A DNA stretch of 64,000 nt from the human T2T-CHM13v2.0 reference genome, Homo sapiens. The stretch lies in the NCBI RefSeq assembly GCF_009914755.1, contig NC_060946.1; one strand, 5' to 3'. A model generated the notes under the pieces. That model saw only the letters and a program-made list of their open reading frames with translations. It was not told the origin of the DNA and searched no databases. Below are positions 54,801-64,000 of the stretch, piece after piece. The first letter of the stretch is position 1; every line of letters begins with the position of its first letter. Made by a program: the position numbers and the translations under genes.

Positions 54801-57800
54801 CCGAGGTGATTTAACTCTTGTCTAGGCTGTGCCCACAGAGGGATTGAGACATATCTCTGCACTGATCCCGAGGTGATACAACTCTTGCCTGGTCTCTGCC
54901 TACTGTGGACATTGTGACATATCTCTGCACTGATCTCCCAGGTGCTGTAACTTTAGTCTAGGCTCTGGCTACACAGCATTGTGACATATCACTGCACTGA
55001 TCACCCAGACGATATAACTCTTCTCTAGGATCTGACCACATTGTGCTTTGTGACATATCCCTGCAATGATCACCCAGGTGATATACCACTTGCCAAGGCT
55101 CTGCCTACAGGGGCATTGCAATGTATCTCTGCACTGATCACCTAGGTCTTGTAGCTATTTTCTAGGATCTGCCTACAGGGTGCTTTGTGACGTGTCCCAG
55201 CAAGGATTACCCAGGTGATGTACCTCTCATCAAGGCTCTGCCTACAGGCACATTGTGATGTATCTCTGCACTGATCACCTAGGTCATGTAAATTTTGTCT
55301 AGGCTCTACCTACGATGGCATTGTGACATATCTCTGCACTAATCATCCAAGTGATGTAACTCTTGTCTAGGATGTGCCTAAATTAACTTTTTGACATAAC
55401 CCTGTACTGATCATCCAGGTGATGGAGCTTTTGTCTAGGCTCTGCCTAAGGGGGCATTGTGACATATTTCTGCATTGATCCCCCAGGTGGCGAACTCTTC
55501 TCTCGGATCTGCCTATGGGGGCATTGTGAGAAATCTCTGCACTGATCACCCAGGTGATGTAACTGTTGTGTAACCTCTGCCTACAGGGGAATTGTGAGAG
55601 ATCTCGTCACTGATTACCCAAGTGATGTAACCGTTGTCTAGGCTTTGCGTACAGGGGGCTTTGTGACATACCTTTGCACTGATCACCCAGGTGATGTAAC
55701 ACATCTAAGTTCGGCCTAAAGGAGCTTTTTGACATATCTCTGCACTGATCGCTTAGGTGATGTAACACTTTTATAATCACTGCCTACAGGGAATTTTGAC
55801 AAATCTCTGCACTGATCACCTAGGTGATGTAACTCTTGTTTACCCTCTGTCCAACGGGGCATTGTGAAATATCTCTGCAGTGATCACCCAGGTGATTCAA
55901 CTCTTGACTAGGAACTGCCTACAGAGGTTATTGTGAAATATCTCTGCACTGATAAACTAGGTGGTGTAACCCTTGTCCAAGCTCTGCCTACAGGGGCGTT
56001 TCCACATATCCCTGAACGGATGATAGAGGTGATGTAACTCTTGCCTAGGCTTTGCCTACAGGGAACATTGGACATATATCTGCACTGATCACCCTGGTGA
56101 TGCAACTCTTGCCTAGGCTTTGCCTACAGGGGACATTGTGACATATCTCTTCAATGATCACTCATGTGATGCATCTCTTGCCTAGGCTTTGCCTACAGGG
56201 GACATTGTGACTTATCTCTGCACTGATCTCCCAGGTGCTGTAACTTTAGTCTAGGCTCTGGCTACACGGCATTGTGACATATCACTGCACTGATCAACCA
56301 GGTGATATAACTCTTGTATAGGCTCTGCCTACAGGGGGATTGTGACCTACCTCTGCACTGATCAACCAGGTGATATAACTCTTCTCTAGGATCTTCCTAC
56401 AGGGTACTTTGTGACATATCCCTGCACTGATCACCCATGTGATCTATCTCTGGTCTAAGCTCTGCCTAAAGGAGCTTTGTGACAGATCTCTGCACTGATC
56501 ACTCAGGTGATGTAAGTATTGTCTAGGCTCTGCTTCAAGGGGCCTTGTCACATATCTCTGCACTGATCACCGTGGTGATGTAACTCTTGTCTAGGCTCTG
56601 CTTCCAGGGCATATTGTGACATATCTATGCACTGATCACCTTACTGATGTAACATTTTGGTAGGCTCGGCCTACAGGGGAATCTTGACATATCTCTGCAC
56701 TGTTAACCGAGGTGATTTAACTCTTGTCTAGGCTGTGCCCACAGGGGGATTGAGACACATCTCTGCACTGATCCCGAGGTGATACAACTCTTGCCTGGTC
56801 TCTGCCTACTGTGGACATTGTGACATATCTCTGCCCTGATCTCCCAGGTGCTGTAACTTTGGTCTAGGCTCTGGCTACACGGCATTGTGACATATCACTG
56901 AACTGATCACCCAGGCGATATAACTCTTCTCTAGGATCTGACCACAGGGTGCTTTGTGACATATCCCTGCAATGATCACCCAGGTGATATACCACTTGCC
57001 AAGGCTCTGCCTACAGGGGCATTGCAATGTATCTCTGCACTGATCACCTAGGTCTTGTAGCTATTTTCTAGGATCTGCCTACAGGGTGCTTTGGGACGTG
57101 TCCCAGCAAGGATTACCCAGGTGATGTACCTCTCATCAAGGCTCTGCCTACAGGCACATTGTGATGTATCTCTGCACTGATCACCTAGGTCATGTAAATT
57201 TTGTCTAGGCTCTACCTACGATGGCATTGTGACATATCTCTGCACTAATCATCCAAGTGATGTAACTCTTGTCTAGGATGTGCCTAAATTAACTTTTTGA
57301 CATAACCCTGTACTGATCATCCAGGTGATGGAGCTTTTGTCTAGGCTCTGCCTAAGGGGGCATTGTGACATATTTCTGCATTGATCCCCCAGGTGGCGAA
57401 CTCTTCTCTCGGATCTGCCTATGGGGGCATTGTGAGAAATCTCTGCACTGATCACCCAGGTGATGTAACTGTTGTGTAACCTCTGCCTACAGGGGAATTG
57501 TGAGAGATCTCGTCACTGATTACCCAAGTGATGTAACCGTTGTCTAGGCTTTGCGTACAGGGGGCTTTGTGACATACCTTTGCAGTGATCACCCAGGTGA
57601 TGTAACACATCTAAGTTCGGCCTAAAGGAGCTTTTTGACATATCTCTGCACTGATCGCTTAGGTGATGTAACACTTTTATAATCACTGCCTACAGGGAAT
57701 TTTGACAAATCTCTGCACTGATCACCTAGGTGATGTAACTCTTGTTTACCCTCTGTCCAACGGGGCATTGTGAAATATCTCTGCAGTGATCACCCAGGTG

Positions 57801-60800
57801 ATTCAACTCTTGACTAGGAACTGCCTACAGAGGTTATTGTGAAATATCTCTGCACTGATAAACTAGGTGGTGTAACCCTTGTCCAAGCTCTGCCTACAGG
57901 GGCGTTTCCACATATCCCTGAACGGATGATAGAGGTGATGTAACTCTTGCCTAGGCTTTGCCTACAGGGAACATTGGACATATATCTGCACTGATCACCC
58001 TGGTGATGCAACTCTTGCCTAGGCTTTGCCTACAGGGGACATTGTGACATATCTCTTCAATGATCACTCATGTGATGCATCTCTTGCCTAGGCTTTGCCT
58101 ACAGGGGACATTGTGACTTATCTCTGCACTGATCTCCCAGGTGCTGTAACTTTAGTCTAGGCTCTGGCTACACGGCATTGTGACATATCACTGCACTGAT
58201 CAACCAGGTGATATAACTCTTGTATAGGCTCTGCCTACAGGGGGATTGTGACCTACCTCTGCACTGATCAACCAGGTGATATAACTCTTCTCTAGGATCT
58301 TCCTACAGGGTACTTTGTGACATATCCCTGCACTGATCACCCATGTGATCTATCTCTGGTCTAAGCTCTGCCTAAAGGAGCTTTGTGACAGATCTCTGCA
58401 CTGATCACTCAGGTGATGTAAGTATTGTCTAGGCTCTGCTTCAAGGGGCCTTGTCACATATCTCTGCACTGATCACCGTGGTGATGTAACTCTTGTCTAG
58501 GCTCTGCTTCCAGGGCATATTGTGACATATCTATGCACTGATCACCTTACTGATGTAACATTTTGGTAGGCTCGGCCTACAGGGGAATCTTGACATATCT
58601 CTGCACTGTTAACCGAGGTGATTTAACTCTTGTCTAGGCTGTGCCCACAGGGGGATTGAGACACATCTCTGCACTGATCCCGAGGTGATACAACTCTTGC
58701 CTGGTCTCTGCCTACTGTGGACATTGTGACATATCTCTGCCCTGATCTCCCAGGTGCTGTAACTTTCGTCTAGGCTCTGGCTACACGGCATTGTGACATA
58801 TCACTGAACTGATCACCCAGGCGATATAACTCTTCTCTAGGATCTGACCACAGGGTGCTTTGTGACATATCCCTGCAATGATCACCCAGGTGATATACCA
58901 CTTGCCAAGGCTCTGCCTACAGGGGCATTGCAATGTATCTCTGCACTGATCACCTAGGTCTTGTAGCTATTTTCTAGGATCTGCCTACAGGGTGCTTTGT
59001 GACGTGTCCCAGCAAGGATTACCAAGGTGATGTACCTCTCATCAAGGCTCTGCCTACAGGCACATTGTGATGTATCTCTGCACTGATCACCTAGGTCATG
59101 TAAATTTTGTCTAGGCTCTACCTACGATGGCATTGTGACATATCTCTGCACTAATCATCCAAGTGATGTAACTCTTGTCTAGGATGTGCCTAAATTAACT
59201 TTTTGACATAACCCTGTACTGATCATCCAGGTGATGGAGCTTTTGTCTAGGCTCTGCCTAAGGGGGCATTGTGACATATTTCTGCATGGATACCCCAGGT
59301 GGCGAACTCTTCTCTCGGATCTGCCTATGGGGGCATTGTGAGAAATCTCTGCACTGATCACCCAGGTGATGTAACTGTTGTGTAACCTCTGCCTACAGGG
59401 GAATTGTGAGAGATCTCGCCACTGATTACCCAAGTGATGTAACCGTTGTCTAGGCTTTGCGTACAGGGGGCATTGTGACATACCTTTACACTGATCACCC
59501 AGGTGATGTAACACATCTAAGTTCGGCCTAAAGGAGCTTTGTGACATATCTCTGCACTGATCGCTTAGGTGATGTAACACTTTTATAATCACTGCCTACA
59601 GGGAATTTTGACAAATGTCTGCACTGATCACCTAGGTGATGTAACTCTTTTCTACCCTCTGTCCAACGGGGCATTGTGAAATATCTCTGCACTGATCACC
59701 CAGGTGATTCAACTCTTGACTAGGAACTGCCTACAGAGGTAATTGTGAAATATCTCTGCACTGATAAACTAGGTGGTGTAACCCTTGTCCAAGCTCTGCC
59801 TACAGGGGCGTTTCCACATATCCCTGAACTGATGACAGAGGTGATGTAACTCTTGCCTAGGCTTTGCCTACAGGGAACATTGGACATATATCTGCACTGA
59901 TCACCCAGGTGATGCAACTCTTGCCTAGGCTTTGCCTACAGGGGACATTGTGACATATCTCTTCAATGATCACTCATGTGATGCATCTCTTGCCTAGGCT
60001 TTGCCTACAGGGGACATTGTGACATATCTCTGCACTGATCTCTCAGGTGCTGTAACTTTAGTCTAGGCTCTGGCTACACGGCATTGTGACATATCACTGC
60101 ACTGATCAACCAGGTGATATAACTCTTGTATAGGCTCTGCCTACAGGGGGATTGTGACCTACCTCTGCACTGATAACCCAGGTGATATAACTCTTCTCTA
60201 GGATCTTCCTACAGGGTACTTTTTGACATATCCCTGCACTGATCACCCAGGTGATCTATCTCTGGTCTAAGCTTTGCCTAAAGGGGCTTTGTGACAGATC
60301 TCTGCACTGATCACTCAGGTGATGTAAGTATTGTCTAGGCTCTGCTTCAAGGGGCCTTGTCACATATCTCTGCACTGATCACCCAGGTGATGTAACTCTT
60401 GTCTAGGCTCTGCTTCCAGGGCATATTGTGACATATCTATGCACTGATCACCTTAGTGATGTAACACTTTGGTAGGCTCGGCCTACAGGGGAATCTTGAC
60501 ATATCTCTGCACTGTTAACCGAGGTGATTTAACTCTTGTCTAGGCTGTGCCCACATGTGGATTGCGACATATCTCTGCACTGATCCCGAGGTGATACAAC
60601 TCTTGCCTGGTCTCTGCCTACTGTGGACATTGTGACATATCTCTGCACTGATCTCCCAGGTGCTGTAAGTTTAGTCTAGGCTCTGGCTACACGGCATTGT
60701 GACATATCACTGCACTGATCACCCAGGCGATATAACTCTTCTCTAGGATCTGACCACAGGGTGCTTTGTGACATATCCCTGCAATGATCACCCAGGTGAT

Positions 60801-63800
60801 ATACCACTTGCCAAGGCTCTGCCTACAGGGGCATTGCAATGTATCTCTGCACTGATCACCTAGGTCTTGTAGCTATTTTCTAGGATCTGCCTACAGGGTG
60901 CTTTGGGACGTGTCCCAGCAAGGATTACCCAGGTGATGTACCTCTCATCAAGGCTCTGCCTACAGGCACATTGTGATGTATCTCTGCACTGATCACCTAG
61001 GTCATGTAAATTTTGTCTAGGCTCTACCTACGATGGCATTGTGACATATCTCTGCACTAATCATCCAAGTGATGTAACTCTTGTCTAGGATGTGCCTAAA
61101 GTAACTTTTTGACATAACCCTGTACTGATCATCCAGGTGATGGAGCTTTTGTCTAGGCTCTGCCTAAGGGGGCATTGTGACATATTTCTGCATTGATCCC
61201 CCAGGTGGCCAACTCTTCTCTCGGATTTGCCTATGGGGGCATTGTGAGAAATCTCTGCACTGATCACCCAGGTGATGTAACTGTTGTGTAACCTCTGCCT
61301 ACAGGGGAATTGTGAGAGATCTCGCCACTGATTACCCAAGTGATGTAACCGTTGTCTAGGCTTTGCGTACAGGGGGCTTTGTGACATACCTTTGCACTGA
61401 TCACCCAGGTGATGTAACACATCTAAGTTCGGCCTAAAGGAGCTTTGTGACATATCTCTGCACTGATCGCTTAGGTGATGTAACACTTTTATAATCACTG
61501 CCTACAGGGAATTTTGACAAATGTCTGCACTGATCACCTAGGTGATGTAACTCTTGTCTACCCTCTGTCCAACGGGGCATTGTGAAATATCTCTGCACTG
61601 ATCACCCAGGTGATTCAACTCTTGACTAGGAACTGCCTACAGAGGTTATTGTGAAATATCTCTGCACTGATAAACTAGGTGGTGTAAACCTTGTCCAAAC
61701 TCTGCCTACAGGGGCGTTTCCACATATCCCTGACCTGATGACAGAGGTGATGTAACTCTTGCCTAGGCTTTGCCTACAGGGAACATTGGACATATATCTG
61801 CACTGATCACCCAGGTGATGCAACTCTTGCCTAGGCTTTGCCTACAGGGGACATTGTGACATATCTCTTCAATGATCACTCATGTGATGCATCTCTTGCC
61901 TAGGCTTTGCCTACAGGGGACATTGTGACTTATCTCTGCACTGATCTCCCAGGTGCTGTAACTTTCGTCTAGGCTCTGGCTACACGGCATTGTGACATAT
62001 CACTGCACTGATCAACCAGGTGATATAACTCTTGTATAGGCTCTGCCTACAGGGGGATTGTGACCTACCTCTGCACTGATCACCCAGGTGATATAACTCT
62101 TCTCTAGGATCTTCCTACAGGGTACTTTGTGACATATCCCTGCACTGATCACCCATGTGATCTATCTCTGGTCTAAGCTCTGCCTAAAGGGGCTTTGTGA
62201 CAGATCTCTGCACTGATCACTCAGGTGATGTAAGTATTGTCTAGGCTCTGCTTCAAGGGGCCTTGTCACATATCTCTGCACTGATCACCCTGGTGATGTA
62301 ACTCTTGTCTAGGCTCTACTTCCAGGGCATATTGTGACATATCTATGCACTGATCACCTTACTGATATAACACTTTGGTAGGCTCGGCCTACAGGGGAAT
62401 CTTGACATATCTCTGCACTGTTAACCGAGGTGATTTAACTCTTGTCTAGGCTGTGCCCACAGGGGGATTGAGACACATCTCTGCACTGATCCCGAGGTGA
62501 TACAACTCTTGCCTGGTCTCTGCCTACTGTGGACATTGTGACATATCTCTGCACTGATCTCCCAGGTGCTGTAACTTTGGTCTAGGCTCTGGCTACACGG
62601 CATTGTGACATATCACTGCACTGATCACCCAGGCGATATAACTCTTCTCTAGGATCTGACCACAGGGTGCTTTGTGACATATCCCTGCAATGATCACCCA
62701 GGTGATATACCACTTGCCAAGGCTCTGCCTACAGGGGCATTGCAATGTATCTCTGCACTGATCACCTAGGTCTTGTAGCTATTTTCTAGGATCTGCCTAC
62801 AGGGTGCTTTGTGACGTGTCCCAGCAAGGATTACCCAGGTGATGTACCTCTCATCAAGGCTCTGCCTACAGGCACATTGTGATGTATCTCTGCACTGATC
62901 ACCTAGGTCATGTAAATTTTGTCTAGGCTCTACCTACGATGGCATTGTGACATATCTCTGCACTAATCATCCAAGTGATGTAACTCTTGTCTAGGATGTG
63001 CCTAAATTAACTTTTTGACATAACCCTGTACTGATCATCCAGGTGATGGAGCTTTTGTCTAGGCTCTGCCTAAGGGGGCATTGTGACATATTTCTGCATT
63101 GATCCCCCAGGTGGCGAACTCTTCTCTCGGATCTGCCTATGGGGACATTGTGAGAAATCTCTGCACTGATCACCCAGGTGATGTAACTGTTGTGTAACCT
63201 CTGCCTACAGGGGAATTGTGAGAGATCTCGCCACTGATTACCCAAGTGATGTAAGCGTTGTCTTGGCTTTGCATACAGGGGGCTTTGTGACATACCTTTG
63301 CACTGATCACTCAGGTGATGTAACACATCTAAGTTCGGCCTAAAGGAGCTTTGTGACATATCTCTGCACTGATCACTTAGGTGATGTAACACTTTTATAA
63401 TCACTGCCTACAGGGAATTTTGACAAATCTCTGCACTGATCACCTAGGTGATGTTACTCTTGTCTACCCTCTGTCCAACGGGGCATGGTGAAATATCTCT
63501 GCACTGATCACCCAGGTGATTCAACTCTTGACTACGAACTGCCTACAGAGGTTATTGTGAAATATCTCTGCACTGATAAACTAAGTGGTGTAACCCTTGT
63601 CCAAGCTCTGCCTACAGGGGCGTTTCCACATATCCCTGAACTGATGACAGAGGTGATGTAACCCGTGCCTAGGCTTTGCCCACAGGGAACATTGGACATA
63701 TATCTGCACTGATCACCCAGGTGATGCAACTCTTGCCTAGGCTTTGCCTACAGGGGACATTGTGACATATCTCTTCAATGATCACTCATGTGATGCATCT

Positions 63801-64000
63801 CTTGCCTATGCTTTGCCTACAGGGGACATTGTGACATATCTCTGCACTGATCTCCCAGGTGCTGTAACTTTAGTCTAGGCTCTGGCTACATTGCATTGTG
63901 ACATATCACTGCACTGATCAACCAGGTGATATAACTCTTGTATAGGCTATGCCTACAGGGGGATTGTGACCTACCTCTACACTGATCACCCAGGTGATAT
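45838..64000 (-). repeat. Nine canonical 28-mer HORs plus a partial tenth
   Basis: Markers at 45838, 47744, 49650, 51556, 53461, 55367, 57273, 59179, 61085 and 62991 (1905-1906 spacing). Confidence 0.92.

Larger units (their letters stand above)
1..64000 (-). repeat. Beta satellite (BSR/Beta, 68-bp Sau3A satellite) tandem array organised as a 28-monomer ~1906-bp higher-order repeat
   Basis: Continuous ~66-69 bp monomers of the type gatcacccaggtgatgtaactcttgtctaggctctgcctacaggggcattgtgacatatctctgcact, the reverse complement of the recalled human beta-satellite consensus GATCAGTGCAGAGATATGTCACAATGCCCCTGTAGGCAGAGCCTAGACAAGAGTTACATCACCTGGGT. Most monomers carry GATC. Near-identical ORF translations recur at 1906-bp spacing. 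Confidence 0.97.

Noticed and set aside
638-63729. Recurring minus-strand ORFs of 60-137 aa, rich in Cys/His (HHLGDQCR.. motifs), superficially like zinc-finger or repeat proteins
   Set aside because: They are translations of the satellite. The 68-bp monomer is not a multiple of 3, so frames rotate. Copies gain stops and frameshifts freely (e.g. 36901, 23185, 49740, 14601), many use non-ATG starts, and there is no C2H2 spacing.
1-64000. CRISPR-like appearance: conserved, partly palindromic ~22-bp core (ctgcactgatcacccaggtgat) separated by ~45-bp variable segments
   Set aside because: The apparent spacers are homologous to each other and repeat with the HOR, the core itself varies, and there are no cas genes or leader. 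The whole monomer matches beta satellite.
1-64000. D4Z4/DUX4, LSau, rDNA, alpha satellite/CENP-B boxes, Alu/L1 insertions or strand inversions
   Set aside because: I saw no GC-rich, 171-bp-period or poly(A)-tailed segment. All marker spacings are explained by whole monomers in one orientation.

Overview
The whole 64 kb window is one uninterrupted, single-orientation array of primate (human-type) beta satellite (BSR/Beta, the 68-bp 'Sau3A' satellite), about 940 monomers. The + strand monomer consensus is gatcacccaggtgatgtaactcttgtctaggctctgcctacaggggcattgtgacatatctctgcact, the reverse complement of the usual GATCAGTGCAGAGATATGTCACAATGCC... consensus. Monomers form a 28-monomer, 1906-bp higher-order repeat (HOR; numbered m1-m28 here, reference copy 1905-3810). 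A once-per-HOR marker (ctaggatgtgcctaaatt in m10) occurs 34 times. Of the 33 intervals, 24 are canonical (1904-1906 bp) and 9 are structural variants: two 37-mers (2518/2519 bp), one 45-mer (3064 bp), one 15-mer (1021), one 19-mer (1293), three 23-mers (1568) and one 22-mer (1496). I see no credible genes, RNA genes, transposons, CRISPR arrays or inversions, and the ORFs are satellite artefacts. I did not find a new gene-encoded system. The interest lies in the array's evolutionary record: a diverged, possibly ancestral 37-mer with a private monomer, monomer-register deletion junctions, and nested multi-HOR duplications. All alignments were done by eye.
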